DNA of 64,000 nucleotides from Spirochaetia bacterium (GCA_963666985.2 CAXXIA010000001.1:960001-1024000), one strand, 5' to 3'. Counted from the first letter of the stretch, positions 17,946 to 28,664 are shown. The notes: generated by a model from the sequence alone, not told the origin. Numbers and translations: made by a program.

Positions 17946-19442
17946 ATGATCCTTTCATCCAAACCTGCGGCGGCTTTATTCGTTCTAATCGCTTCAATCC
18001 TCTTTGTTTCCTGCGGTAAAAATGATTCAACCGCCGCACCCGCGAACGGCGGCATTCTTACACCTCATACGGAAGCCGAGAGTTCCGCCAACGGCGGACC
18101 GATGACCTCCGGAGGCTTTGACGATTCCGTTCTTCCGCTTGTTAATCCGGGTGAAAATTACAATATCCTCGGACTTCTTGATGTGAACCTCAATATGGAT
18201 ACATCCGACGAACAGGTTCTTATCACTCTTCCGCTGGATGATGAGTCGGCTCCGCTCAGACTTATGATTGCGACAACGAATCCCATCAGGAACCAGTACG
18301 ACATTGTGTGGGACACGCCCTTGTCGCTGCGCTCACTGCGCGGTTTGACTCTCAGAGCCAACGACGTTACCGGTAACGGGCGGATGGACATCATCATTAC
18401 CGGTTTCGACGACGAAGGTCGTCATTCGACGGAAGTCTTCGGGGTTCCGACCAAAGGCGAAATTACTGATTATAGAAGAATCTTCGGTCAGCTTGTCGAA
18501 GGAAACATCGATATCATTTCGACCGAACGCACCTCTCAATACTGGAGCGGGATAACTTCGGGCGATCCGTTTGACATTGTCGTTCAAATGAAAGATCCCG
18601 ATTCGGATAATCCGATGGATATCGTGGAAAATCTCTGGAAATGGGACTCCCGCTCTTTTGCTTATCGGCAGCGATCTTCCAGCAAAATCAGGGCCGAAAC
18701 GCTTTTGGAGGCACGAATAGCCCATGTGTATTCCGGAGGAGTCAACGTTTTTGAGGAATATCTTGAAGGTGCCTGGTACAGAGAAAGCGGTGACGGTACG
18801 GATATCAATATGATCTTTTTCGATCGAAAATCGCGTGAAATGGTTTTTTATGACGGTTCCGTTCAAGAAGTCTATAGCTGGGGGGTTAGCAATCGGGCAA
18901 CGGCCCAAAGACTTTATACCAATATGATTAACGCCGTTATTCCCAGCCTCAGCGACAGGCTGATCATTATCGCCGACTCCTGGGATACCATCAGGATACG
19001 CTGGAGTGCTTCGGAAGAAGACTACACCACATACCGAAGATTCGGAGAGGCCCTTCAATCCGTACTCGGAGAAGGATCGTCCATATCGTCACTCGGTGTC
19101 GATATGGGCTTAACCGGCGTATGGGAAAGCCCCGAAGGTTCCGAAATAATTTTTGATCTGCCCAAAATCGAATGGGAAGAAGACGGTAAAATCCGCTCGG
19201 GGACCGCATCGATCTTTGTATTGGACGGCGTTTCGGTGCTTCAAGTTCAATTTATGAAGAAAAACGGCGCTCTGGAAGAAACGGTGAATTGGGTTGTTGA
19301 ATATGAAGAAGATCGAGACGAAACCAAAGTCATCCGTTCCCTTTCCCTTACTCCGGCGTTTTTGAATGTCGACGGTGTTGTTACCGGAGATGATGCATGG
19401 AGAAGATTCGAACAGATTGAGATTCTATCGGCCGGGGACTGA
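17946..19442 (+). CDS. spirochaetal lipoprotein, pallilysin-related adhesin-like
   Basis: Lipobox FVSC; NLNMDTSDEQVLI...NQYDIVW...DVTGNG..DIIITG pattern recalled from this spirochaete family. Confidence 0.6.
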   Translation: MILSSKPAAALFVLIASILFVSCGKNDSTAAPANGGILTPHTEAESSANGGPMTSGGFDDSVLPLVNPGENYNILGLLDVNLNMDTSDEQVLITLPLDDESAPLRLMIATTNPIRNQYDIVWDTPLSLRSLRGLTLRANDVTGNGRMDIIITGFDDEGRHSTEVFGVPTKGEITDYRRIFGQLVEGNIDIISTERTSQYWSGITSGDPFDIVVQMKDPDSDNPMDIVENLWKWDSRSFAYRQRSSSKIRAETLLEARIAHVYSGGVNVFEEYLEGAWYRESGDGTDINMIFFDRKSREMVFYDGSVQEVYSWGVSNRATAQRLYTNMINAVIPSLSDRLIIIADSWDTIRIRWSASEEDYTTYRRFGEALQSVLGEGSSISSLGVDMGLTGVWESPEGSEIIFDLPKIEWEEDGKIRSGTASIFVLDGVSVLQVQFMKKNGALEETVNWVVEYEEDRDETKVIRSLSLTPAFLNVDGVVTGDDAWRRFEQIEILSAGD

Positions 19443-20399
19443 ATTGAGATATCCGTCGGCCGCAAGGCGAGAAATCGTGTTCCCGTCCGGATCATTCACA
19501 AAAACTTTCCAAAAACTTCCCGAATCCTCAATCCAGGATATATATCCGTCGTTTTCAAGCCGTTCTCTTAAATCGGAAGCTCCGTCTCTGTTTCGAAAGG
19601 CTCCGATTTGAAGCGGTCCGCCCGGAATCTCGCTTCGTTCTCTTAAAAGCGCCGCCGGCGAGACCCATGAGAGAATCCGTCTTTCGGCGAGATAGAGTGC
19701 CGCCGAGTTTTCAAAATGCCGGCGAAGGAGCGAAGAGGCTTCCTCCGCTTCGGAACGATTCCCGAGTGCCAAAGCGATTTCGCGGACGGCAAGATACGGC
19801 AGCGGTGATTGGGGAATCCCGTTTTTAACGTACGCTTTTATCTCATCCAAAGCGGCTTCGGGCCGGCCGCGTGAGGCCAAGGCCATTGCGGCGAGAGCCG
19901 CCGCCTCATCTTGGATTGGACCATTTAAGTCTTTTTTCAGCAGCTGCAGCGCCGTTGCCCGGGCTCTGCCGGTTTCGCCCATGGAAAGCCTGAGATTCGC
20001 CGCTTCAAGCAGTAAATGATTCGCTTTTTGAGCATCGAGTGCCGATGCCTCTTCGTAATGCTCGGCGGCGGCGTCGGGAAGCCCCAGGAGCGCTTCCAAA
20101 TCGGCCATGCGGATATAAACATCCGCGGCGTTCACTTTGGGGAGCAATGCCGCATGGGAGGAAAGAAATGCCAATGCTTCAAGTGATTTTTCATGAAGAG
20201 ACGCGGCATGAATGAGTGTTGAAGAGGTTTCGGGATGTTCCGTATTGGCCAAAATCCACTTGTCGTAGGAAGCAATTGCGGCCGTTCGGTTCCCCTGCGC
20301 TTCAAAAGCAAGGGCCTCATCTCTTTCATCCGCCGGACAGCCGACGGTGATGATTAGGGCCATCAGCAATGCCGCGGCGGTTCCGGCGCCTTTATTCAC
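19425..20399 (-). CDS. TPR-like lipoprotein with C-terminal SPOR domain
   Basis: Lipobox TVGC, Ala-rich helical repeats, LQIGAFRNRDGA..L..RL...GY SPOR motif. Confidence 0.75.
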   Translation of the reverse strand: MNKGAGTAAALLMALIITVGCPADERDEALAFEAQGNRTAAIASYDKWILANTEHPETSSTLIHAASLHEKSLEALAFLSSHAALLPKVNAADVYIRMADLEALLGLPDAAAEHYEEASALDAQKANHLLLEAANLRLSMGETGRARATALQLLKKDLNGPIQDEAAALAAMALASRGRPEAALDEIKAYVKNGIPQSPLPYLAVREIALALGNRSEAEEASSLLRRHFENSAALYLAERRILSWVSPAALLRERSEIPGGPLQIGAFRNRDGASDLRERLENDGYISWIEDSGSFWKVFVNDPDGNTISRLAADGYLNSVPGR

Positions 20400-20775
20400 T
20401 TCCCGGGGATTGCTCGTCGTCCGCTTTGGAACCGATTCGGCCTTCGCTGTCTTTCCGATTCGGTTCTTTATCTTTTTTTAAACCCATAACACGTTTTTTC
20501 TTCTGTTGGGGACTTTTCATCTCCGATTCGGATTCTTCGGCCGTTTTCCGGGCGATTTGTTTCTTCTTTCGATTTCGCCATCTGACGACAAAAGGAACCG
20601 CGGATAGAACACCGATGAGATACATCACGAAGAAACTGACGAATATCGGAACATCCTTCAGCAGTCCTTTTTCTCCGAACCAGATTCTGATGTCCGAATT
20701 ATTTTCGATGTTGAGTCCGATAAACGTAACGATGACCAAGAGCGTCAAAATAAAAACAATCAGTCTCGCGGGCAT
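20392..20775 (-). CDS. small membrane protein (LapA/DUF1049-like)
   Basis: Two TM helices flanking FIGLNIEN..DI.IWF, charged tail; GGAGG RBS. Confidence 0.6.
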   Translation of the reverse strand: MPARLIVFILTLLVIVTFIGLNIENNSDIRIWFGEKGLLKDVPIFVSFFVMYLIGVLSAVPFVVRWRNRKKKQIARKTAEESESEMKSPQQKKKRVMGLKKDKEPNRKDSEGRIGSKADDEQSPGSE

Positions 20776-20814
20776 ATGCATCCTCCCGGGGAATACATTT
20801 ATTCTAGCGTGTGA

Positions 20815-21699
20815 TTAGGAATCCTGAAAGCGGCTTGCCGATTCCACGGTATTCCATAAAAGCATGGCGCGCGTTAAAGGACCGACGCCGCCCGGTACCG
20901 GAGTTATCGCCGATGCGACGTCCTTTACCGTATCGAAGTCCACATCGCCGACAAGACGGTAACCTCTTGGACGGGCCGGGTCCTCAAGGCGGTTCACTCC
21001 CACATCAATAACGACGGCTCCTTCCTTCACCATATCCGCGGTAATGGTTCCCGCTCGTCCCGCCGCGGCAATAACGATGTCCGCCCGCCGTACTTTTTCC
21101 GCGAGATTCCGCGTTTTTGTGTGGCAGACCGTTACGGTCGCGTTCCCTCCGGGAGCTTTTCGGAACAAGAGGTTGGCAAGAGGTGCCCCGACGATACGGC
21201 TTCGTCCCACGATAACGATATCCGCACCTTCGGTGGGAATGTTTTCCGCTTCAAGTATTTTGATAACCCCATGCGGAGTACAGGGCAGAAATCCGTCGAC
21301 ATTCAAAACAAGCCGGCCGATGCTCACCGGATGAAAACCGTCGACATCCTTATCCGGTGAGATTGCCGAAATAACACGTTCTTCATCAAACGAATCGGGA
21401 AGCGGTAATTGAACCAGAATGCCGTGGATTTCAGAATCCGCATTCAGTTCATCGATAAGATGGAGAAGTTCCTCCTGACCGGTCTCGGCAGGAAGCCTGA
21501 TATCCCTTGAATAGATTCCGACTTTCTCGCAATCCCGTTCTTTTGCGGTTACATAAGAAATACTGGCCGCGTTATCTCCGACCAAGACAACGGCCAAACC
21601 GGGTTTGATGCCTCGGGCGGCCAATTCTTCAACCTGTTCCTTCAATTCATCACGGATATCCGCCGCGATTGCTTTTCCGTCAATAATTTTCGCGCTCAT
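20815..21699 (-). CDS. folD: bifunctional methylene-THF dehydrogenase/cyclohydrolase
   Basis: IIDGK, HGILVQLPLP, KDVDGFH, PCTP, TPVPGGVGP. Confidence 0.97.
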   Translation of the reverse strand: MSAKIIDGKAIAADIRDELKEQVEELAARGIKPGLAVVLVGDNAASISYVTAKERDCEKVGIYSRDIRLPAETGQEELLHLIDELNADSEIHGILVQLPLPDSFDEERVISAISPDKDVDGFHPVSIGRLVLNVDGFLPCTPHGVIKILEAENIPTEGADIVIVGRSRIVGAPLANLLFRKAPGGNATVTVCHTKTRNLAEKVRRADIVIAAAGRAGTITADMVKEGAVVIDVGVNRLEDPARPRGYRLVGDVDFDTVKDVASAITPVPGGVGPLTRAMLLWNTVESASRFQDS

Positions 21700-21798
21700 G
21701 TTACATGACAATACTGAAATGCTGGATGGTTGTGAATATATTGATGATGATCTTCGGCGCATGGTAGGATTCGATACATTTCACGAAGAGGATTACAT

Positions 21799-22446
21799 TT
21801 GCCTAGGAAATTCCCTCTCATCGCCATTTCATTATTCTGCATCATAATCGGATTTCTCGGAGCTCAAGAAGAGACTCCCGAGGACAGCCCGTTTACCCCG
21901 CAAATGGCGACCAACAAACGCTCTCTCGGAGATCAGACTTTCTCCATTTCAATCGGGCCCATTATTCCCCTAAAAACGATTCTTATCGGTGACTGGTCCG
22001 ATTACGGAGTGAGTGCCGGCCCGACACAGAATAATCTGACATGGGCCGGAGGCGCGGGACAGCTGGCTTACAGCTTCTATCTGACTCCGGATATAAAGCT
22101 CGGTCTTCAAGTGGGCGGAAGTTTCACTTCCGATATCAACTCAGATATCCTTTATATGATTCCGATCGCGGTGAGAGGAAGCTACGAATTCCATCTATTG
22201 AATCGCTTTACCATTCCCCTGCACCTTTCGCTCGGCATCTGCATGTCATCCTGGAAAGAAGACAATTTTCATGTGGATCCTCTTATCCGACCGGGCCTCG
22301 GGTTTTATTTCGACTGGAACTATGAATGGTCTTTCGGATGCGACGTGAGCTATTTCTTTATACCGCAGTTCGACAGCGATCCTGATCATCATAACGCCAT
22401 CGGGAACTTCCTCGATGTTATGCTGACCGCGGAGTATCATTTCTGA
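21799..22446 (+). CDS. small outer-membrane beta-barrel protein (TP0733/OmpW-like)
   Basis: Signal peptide, GDQ motif, about eight amphipathic strands, C-terminal YHF. Confidence 0.7.
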   Translation: MPRKFPLIAISLFCIIIGFLGAQEETPEDSPFTPQMATNKRSLGDQTFSISIGPIIPLKTILIGDWSDYGVSAGPTQNNLTWAGGAGQLAYSFYLTPDIKLGLQVGGSFTSDINSDILYMIPIAVRGSYEFHLLNRFTIPLHLSLGICMSSWKEDNFHVDPLIRPGLGFYFDWNYEWSFGCDVSYFFIPQFDSDPDHHNAIGNFLDVMLTAEYHF

Positions 22447-23687
22447 TGAATACCATAACCAAGATTTGTAGGATTCTCGTTCCGACTCTTCTCGTCTTCA
22501 TATTATCGGCCTGTAAAGGCGTCGGTATTTTTTCCACTCTTGCCATAACCGAAAAAGTCGACGACGGAGCTCTTCCCGAAGGAATCTCCTCGGAAGACGG
22601 AGTTCTTTATGCCGCATCATGGACCGGCTCCACCGATTGGGCTTATTTTTCCACCGGTCCCGGTTTGTGGGTGAAAGATATTACCGACAGGTCCAATTCC
22701 TGGAGCAAGGTGTCTCTGCCCGCAGGTTATTCGACGATTCAGTCCATCGCGGCGTCCGACACGCTGGCGGATAACGCCATTCTTTTTTCCGCCGTCGGAG
22801 AAGACGGAAGCGGCGATCGAATCGTTTCTCTTTTTTACATCGATTCGATTGACTCGGGCACCGGTGCTCCGACGTATTCTTCACCGATTATTACATGGAC
22901 CACCACCGACGATACCTACCACAACGCCAAGGTTTTTTGGGACGGCAGTGCGTCTTTCTACATCAATCTTCTCATCTTCGACGGCGAATACCGCGACGAT
23001 GATTCGGAACTCTCGGCGTCGGAACTTTACAGTACTTCGAATCCCTCCGGCGGTATTGGCAGCGATTTAGGCTTCACGACGATGAATACCTCTTCGAATT
23101 TCCGCTATCTCTCCGGCGTCGCCAACGGCGGAAGCGGAACGTTCTTCACGGTTATAGACGAGGACGGCGAAAACGGACTGCTCCTTAATTCATCAGGTAC
23201 GGATGTCGGCATTACAACAAAACCGGTTACGGGGATTACCTGGCTTGATGACGCCGGAGCCTATATCATGGGCGTCGACTGTATTACCGGAGCCAACGGT
23301 GCCGTCTTCGTCAGTAGTGATGGGTCAACGTGGCACTCAGTGGAAGATAATGATGACGATGATTCCTATATCAGCTTTGTCGATGTTTCCGGCGTTTCCG
23401 GAAGCAGCTGGGTTCTCGCCGGCCGTGATATCTGCGGAGAAGACGGCGGTTATGAAGAAATTAATGTTTCCGGTGACATTGCGGACTGGTATATCACCAA
23501 CGATTATGATTTCGCGGATTATTCAAACTACACCAGTACGGACATGCCCGATGTTTCGGTAACGGATTTCACGATTATTGACCTTTCCGGGAGCGGTGGG
23601 GATATCACCCTGTATGCGTCCACGAGGTTCGAAGGAATCTTCAGTCTCGATATCGGTTCCATCGATAACGACTGGGAAGAAGAATAA
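22446..23687 (+). CDS. acidic surface lipoprotein, probable beta-propeller (TP0136-like N-terminus)
   Basis: Lipobox LSAC followed by GIFS.L...E; D/S/G/W-rich beta repeats; TGATG coupling to the barrel gene. Confidence 0.6.
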   Translation: MNTITKICRILVPTLLVFILSACKGVGIFSTLAITEKVDDGALPEGISSEDGVLYAASWTGSTDWAYFSTGPGLWVKDITDRSNSWSKVSLPAGYSTIQSIAASDTLADNAILFSAVGEDGSGDRIVSLFYIDSIDSGTGAPTYSSPIITWTTTDDTYHNAKVFWDGSASFYINLLIFDGEYRDDDSELSASELYSTSNPSGGIGSDLGFTTMNTSSNFRYLSGVANGGSGTFFTVIDEDGENGLLLNSSGTDVGITTKPVTGITWLDDAGAYIMGVDCITGANGAVFVSSDGSTWHSVEDNDDDDSYISFVDVSGVSGSSWVLAGRDICGEDGGYEEINVSGDIADWYITNDYDFADYSNYTSTDMPDVSVTDFTIIDLSGSGGDITLYASTRFEGIFSLDIGSIDNDWEEE

Positions 23688-23746
23688 GCGAACACGAAAA
23701 TTGCGGATTATCGGCGTTCGCATCCGAAGCCGGAATGAACGCCCTT

Positions 23747-24355
23747 TTATTCACGCTTCTTTTTAATCAGATCGAAGACTTCGGCCAATTCGGGGTCCGT
23801 TGAGATATACTTTTCCCGGATTTCCTCGTCCGTAAGACCTTCCAGTTCATGGCTCATGTAATGAATCCAAACGTCGTCCTCGGGTTTCTCAACAACCATT
23901 TTCCGCCACCAGTAGTCCGGCGTAATGGGAAGCTGTTTTTTAAACGGAGCAACCTTGTAATCATGCACCGCGATTTTGATATCCTCCCTGGGAACTCCTT
24001 TTTCAATGATGCATTCAACCAAGTGGTTCAGAGTTCTTCCGCTGTCGAAAATATCATCGGCGAAGAGTATCTTATCACCGCTGCGGAGGTATTCCGGATT
24101 ATAGGTCCAGCCGTCTATTCTGATTCGGCCGCTTTCATGAATATCCGTATAAGATCTGGCCACCACCGCAGCATAGAATACGGGACGATTTTTTCTGTTC
24201 ACCAGTTTAAAGAATTCACTGAAGATATTGCCCATATAGGCGCCGCCCCGCAAAGGCACGTAAATCACATCGGGAATAAATCCGTCGTCATAAATGCGTT
24301 TTGCAAGTTTTAAGGCATGATTGCGAACACTTTCGTAAGGGATAAATTCCTTCAC
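23747..24355 (-). CDS. type I phosphoribosyltransferase
   Basis: PLRGG and PRPP-binding loop LFADDIFDSGRT. Confidence 0.88.
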   Translation of the reverse strand: MKEFIPYESVRNHALKLAKRIYDDGFIPDVIYVPLRGGAYMGNIFSEFFKLVNRKNRPVFYAAVVARSYTDIHESGRIRIDGWTYNPEYLRSGDKILFADDIFDSGRTLNHLVECIIEKGVPREDIKIAVHDYKVAPFKKQLPITPDYWWRKMVVEKPEDDVWIHYMSHELEGLTDEEIREKYISTDPELAEVFDLIKKKRE

Positions 24356-25854
24356 GGCCGTATCTCCGTTTCACTTGTTTTCTCGAGATTCAAGATTTCC
24401 CCTTCCCTCCAGACTTTGTATGCGGGGATTCCCCTCGTGTTTCCCGCCAGCAGCCGATACAAATCCGCCAGATTGGAAATATTCACGCCGTCTACGGCCA
24501 TGATGATATCGCCGGGACGAAGGTCCACCGAATGCGCGGGTGTCCGTGGATAAACTTCGGCGACGGGGAGCCCTTCCAGGTTTTCAGGGAAACCCATCAT
24601 GTCTCTGAGTTCTTCGGTCATCGGTGCGGCAACGAAGCCGGGAACGGCGTTTCCATGGAGCGCCTTGACGGAATCTTCATCGGCGCGTTCACCGATCACC
24701 ACCTTAACGGTCAGTTTCCGGCCCAATCTGTTAACAAGAAATTCGGCGGTTTCACCCGGCGCTTTATCTCCCACGCGATAGACAAGTTTCTCATCATCCG
24801 AAATCGCCGATCCGTCGAGTGCCAGAATCAAATCGCCGGGAAGCAGCCCCGCTTTCTCCGCCGGAGAACCGGTGAAAACCTGATAGATCAGCACGCCCCC
24901 GCCGGGAGGATAGCCGAGTGATTCGGCGCTTTCCGGACTGTAGTCGCCAAGGCTAACCCCGAGCCACCCGTAACGGACTTCTCCCGTTTCCACCAGCTGT
25001 TTTAAGGTTGATTTAATGTTATTAACGGGAATCGCGAATCCAAGTCCGATGCTTCCGCCGTTGGGAGTTGTAATAAACGTGTTTATCCCGACAAGCTCTC
25101 CCCTGATATTCACAAGGGCGCCGCCGGAATTCCCCTGATTGATGGAAGCGTCGGTTTGAATAAAATCGTTGATATTATCACCCGGACCGTCATGACGCCC
25201 CAGTGCGCTGACAATACCGGAACTGACGGACTGCTCGTATCCGTATGGACTTCCGAACGCAAGAACCCAATCCCCGACATAAAGCTTGTCCGAATCGCCG
25301 AGTTTCACGGGATAAAGATCCTTTTCGGACTTAAAAGTCAGTACCGCCAGATCTTTCCTGAGATCTTTTCCGACAAGTTCGGCTTCCAGCGTTTCACCGT
25401 CCGCCAACAGGACGGAAATATCATGGGCATTGCCGACCACATGACCGTTTGTTACGATATAGTAAACATCGCCTTTTCTTTCGACGATAACGCCCGAACC
25501 CAATCCGTTGCTTCTGTAGAAGCGGGGTCCTTCGGACTCCTCGGACGGATCCTGAAAAAAATCGTCCCAAGGAACTTCCGCATCGGGGTTTTCTCCCAAA
25601 ACGCTTTGAGCTTCAACGCTGACTTCAACAATCGAAGGGAGAACTTCCGCGCTGATCGCCCTAAAAGCCTCTTGTACTTGAACGGCCGCGGCATAACGGT
25701 CTTCTTGAATCTCGGCGGCTTTGGCGCGCGCGGCCGGATTCAATTTATGCGGCGAGTCGGTCAGCCAGGCGAGAGTGGAAAAAAGTCCGTATCCGACAAG
25801 TAAACCGATGAGTATCGAGAAAGGAAGACCAAATCGCTTATCGGTTTTTTTCAT
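24352..25854 (-). CDS. htrA: HtrA/DegP serine protease with two PDZ domains
   Basis: GSGVI, TNGHVV, DLAVL, IQTDASINQGNSGG; two PDZ repeats. Confidence 0.93.
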   Translation of the reverse strand: MKKTDKRFGLPFSILIGLLVGYGLFSTLAWLTDSPHKLNPAARAKAAEIQEDRYAAAVQVQEAFRAISAEVLPSIVEVSVEAQSVLGENPDAEVPWDDFFQDPSEESEGPRFYRSNGLGSGVIVERKGDVYYIVTNGHVVGNAHDISVLLADGETLEAELVGKDLRKDLAVLTFKSEKDLYPVKLGDSDKLYVGDWVLAFGSPYGYEQSVSSGIVSALGRHDGPGDNINDFIQTDASINQGNSGGALVNIRGELVGINTFITTPNGGSIGLGFAIPVNNIKSTLKQLVETGEVRYGWLGVSLGDYSPESAESLGYPPGGGVLIYQVFTGSPAEKAGLLPGDLILALDGSAISDDEKLVYRVGDKAPGETAEFLVNRLGRKLTVKVVIGERADEDSVKALHGNAVPGFVAAPMTEELRDMMGFPENLEGLPVAEVYPRTPAHSVDLRPGDIIMAVDGVNISNLADLYRLLAGNTRGIPAYKVWREGEILNLEKTSETEIRP

Positions 25855-26609
25855 TCATCCTCCCAAAAGGTCAGAACATCCGCGCCGTTGTCCGTAATCA
25901 ATACGGTATGTTCAAAATGGGCGCTGAAGGAACCGTCGGCCGTTACGACGGTCCAGCCGTCGCTCAGAACCTCAACATCCGGAACTCCCGCATTCACCAT
26001 CGGCTCGATCGCCAGGACCATGCCGGGCTTCATCCTCGGATTGGAACCTCGGGAAGGATAATAATTTGGAATCTGCGGATCTTCGTGAAGAGCGACTCCG
26101 ACACCATGACCGCAGTAGCTGTAGACAATGCCGAAACCGTGCGGCCTGACCGTATCGGTCACGGCTTTGCCGATGTCTTTTATCCGTGCACCGGGTCCGC
26201 ATGCCGCGATTGCGGCAAAAAGAGACGACTTGGTTACATCCAGTAACGTACGGTTTTTTGAATCGATCCGACCGACGGGAAAAGTTTTGCAGGCATCGCT
26301 GTAATACCCGTCCAGAATCACGCCGATGTCACATCCGACGATATCACCTTCCTTAAGGCGTTCATCGTTCGGTATTCCGTGAATAACCCTGTCGTTTACG
26401 GATGTGCAAACGGATGCGGGAAAACCGGCATAGCCGAGAAACGCCGGAACGCCGCCCGCGTTCCGAATCGTTTCCTCCACTATACGGTCAATATCTTTTG
26501 TCGTAACACCCGGCCGAATGCTGTCGCCGATTCTACAAAAAACTCTTCCCAGCAATTCCGATGATTTTCGAATCCCCTTCTGCTGCTTCTCGTTTTTGAT
26601 TGTAATCAT
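25851..26609 (-). CDS. map: type I methionyl aminopeptidase
   Basis: HGIP, DIG...SD, GHGVG..LHEDP, AIEPM, SAHFEHT. Confidence 0.97.
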   Translation of the reverse strand: MITIKNEKQQKGIRKSSELLGRVFCRIGDSIRPGVTTKDIDRIVEETIRNAGGVPAFLGYAGFPASVCTSVNDRVIHGIPNDERLKEGDIVGCDIGVILDGYYSDACKTFPVGRIDSKNRTLLDVTKSSLFAAIAACGPGARIKDIGKAVTDTVRPHGFGIVYSYCGHGVGVALHEDPQIPNYYPSRGSNPRMKPGMVLAIEPMVNAGVPDVEVLSDGWTVVTADGSFSAHFEHTVLITDNGADVLTFWEDE

Positions 26610-28660
26610 TGAGTTCCTCTCTGAAGCAATTCGCGCGCGCCCGTATGATCGGGATCTTCGAAAGCCGCTTTCTCAGCGCTTTCCATCGCCTCTCCAAGTC
26701 TGTTGAGCTTTATAAATATAAGAGCTTCGAGATAATGGATTTGCGCCGAATCCCGGTTTCTCTCATCTCCATCGTTGTTAAGAATCAATGAAGCTTCCTG
26801 TAAATCACTGAGAGCGTTCTCAAGGGTTTTAACGGAAGCGCTCCTCAGAGTCGCAGAAAAGGCCGCTCGGGCCTCACGGCCCTTTCTGCCGCCGGAGGAA
26901 AGAGTTTTTCCATAATCCTTGAGATCTTCCCGTTCTCTGAGAAGTACGCGGATTCTGTCGGCCGCAGGAGAATCGTCCCTGTACGGAGAATAAAGCGGAG
27001 ATTCCAGAAGCGCGTAGAGAGACGCGTCATAAAGATCCATATCGGCCGTTCCGGCATTTCCTCCAAAGTATTCGGCACCCGCCGAAAGAGCCTCGGAGGC
27101 ATGAGAGGCAAAGAGAGCCGCATCGTGGAGCGCCCGCCAGGTTTGATTCTCAGCGGCGTAATCGGTGAACTCGCCGTATGGAGAAACCCCGCCCGGTTCC
27201 GAAGGCAAAAGATCAATCAATGCGATTCCCCGAACGGCATCGGAAGCCAAACGCCATGAGAGAACCCAAGGATCGTCGGGTTTAAACTTCCGGTATCTGT
27301 CGACGGCGACGTCTACGGAATCCAGATTCTTTCTCGACGACATATAATCCAGCACAAAGGCGGTAATCATTCTGGCGTCGGCATCTTCTATATCGCTTCG
27401 CGCATTGGTTACCGCATCGAAAAGTTCCCACATACGGGCCTCATAGAGCCGCGGAGAGATGGTTTCGGGATCGACGATAACGGAAGTTACTCCCAGAACG
27501 GGATCGCTATTCGTTTCCGATGTTCTTACGAGCCTTCTCGCAAGAGCCGGTTCGTTATGAAGATTCGCTTTGGCCCACGAAGCTTTAACTTCGGGAACGG
27601 AAGGGAAAAGAGACAAAGCCTCATTCAGATACAGCTCTCCATCACGGATTCTTCCCGAAGAGAACGCCGCCGCGGAGGAATTAATCCAAAGACGCCAGGA
27701 ATCCTTCGGGTAACCGCTTTCTTTCGCCGATTCTCTTAAAAGTTCCATCGACTGACTCCAGGACTCGGCGGCCTTTTCGCGAAGCGTCTCATCCGCATTC
27801 AGTTCGTAAGTTTTCCAGTAGAGATCGCCGAGAAACTGCATCATCGTCCAGGATTCAACCCGCCGCCTTTGGGCATCGGCTATTCGAGATTCGATCCATT
27901 CCACGGCTTTAGAGGTTCTTCCCGAATCGTAAGAAATCCATGCGGCCGCCTCGGCAACGCCTTTTTTAGATGCAATGAGCGGCGATGCCCATGTTCTTCT
28001 TTCGCCTTCAAGCTGAGAAATGTTCTCATAGGCCTTTTCGGGACGGCCGTGCAGCATCCACAGAAGCGCCGCGTCAAAGGTCAGTTCCGCAGACTCGGTC
28101 AGCAGAGCCGCGTTTTCCATGAATTCAGGATCATTATGCGCATCGATTTCTTTAATAAAGGATTCGACGGAATCTTTGCCGCCTCCATACGCATTCAGAA
28201 GACGGATTTCCGCTCTTAAAGAAGACCATTCGGCGGTATTGAGATTTTCCTGATAGTGAACGGCTTTTTTTATATTTCCCGATCTGAGGAGTGCCCAAAC
28301 CCAAGAGGCCAAAAGATCCTGATCTCCCGGGACGGAGGCCGAAGCTCTCCCCGCAAGAATCCTGAAAAGCCGATAATCGAGTTGATTCTTCGCATCCGGC
28401 AATGTTCCCAACGCGGCGAGATTCAGGATGCTTTTCCACTGGGCGGCCGATGAGGCATACCGTGAGGAGCGAAGCAAATCTCTTTTAAGGCCGGTAAGGG
28501 AACCTTCTTCCAGCGAATAAGCCGCCGAAAGAATCGACTCCTCAAACCGTCTTTCGGCCGGAATCTTTAAGAGCAGCAGCGTGATTGTAACGGCGAGAGC
28601 CGCCAGCATGAGGGCCGCCGCCAGGATGGGCAGGTGCCGACCGCCTCCCGCATTGTTCAT
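26606..28660 (-). CDS. membrane-anchored helical-repeat (TPR-like) hypothetical protein
   Basis: Long ORF with N-terminal TM and TPR-like C-terminus; start set at ATG 6 nt after TATCCT. Confidence 0.7.
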   Translation of the reverse strand: MNNAGGGRHLPILAAALMLAALAVTITLLLLKIPAERRFEESILSAAYSLEEGSLTGLKRDLLRSSRYASSAAQWKSILNLAALGTLPDAKNQLDYRLFRILAGRASASVPGDQDLLASWVWALLRSGNIKKAVHYQENLNTAEWSSLRAEIRLLNAYGGGKDSVESFIKEIDAHNDPEFMENAALLTESAELTFDAALLWMLHGRPEKAYENISQLEGERRTWASPLIASKKGVAEAAAWISYDSGRTSKAVEWIESRIADAQRRRVESWTMMQFLGDLYWKTYELNADETLREKAAESWSQSMELLRESAKESGYPKDSWRLWINSSAAAFSSGRIRDGELYLNEALSLFPSVPEVKASWAKANLHNEPALARRLVRTSETNSDPVLGVTSVIVDPETISPRLYEARMWELFDAVTNARSDIEDADARMITAFVLDYMSSRKNLDSVDVAVDRYRKFKPDDPWVLSWRLASDAVRGIALIDLLPSEPGGVSPYGEFTDYAAENQTWRALHDAALFASHASEALSAGAEYFGGNAGTADMDLYDASLYALLESPLYSPYRDDSPAADRIRVLLREREDLKDYGKTLSSGGRKGREARAAFSATLRSASVKTLENALSDLQEASLILNNDGDERNRDSAQIHYLEALIFIKLNRLGEAMESAEKAAFEDPDHTGARELLQRGTQ

Positions 28661-28664
28661 AATG

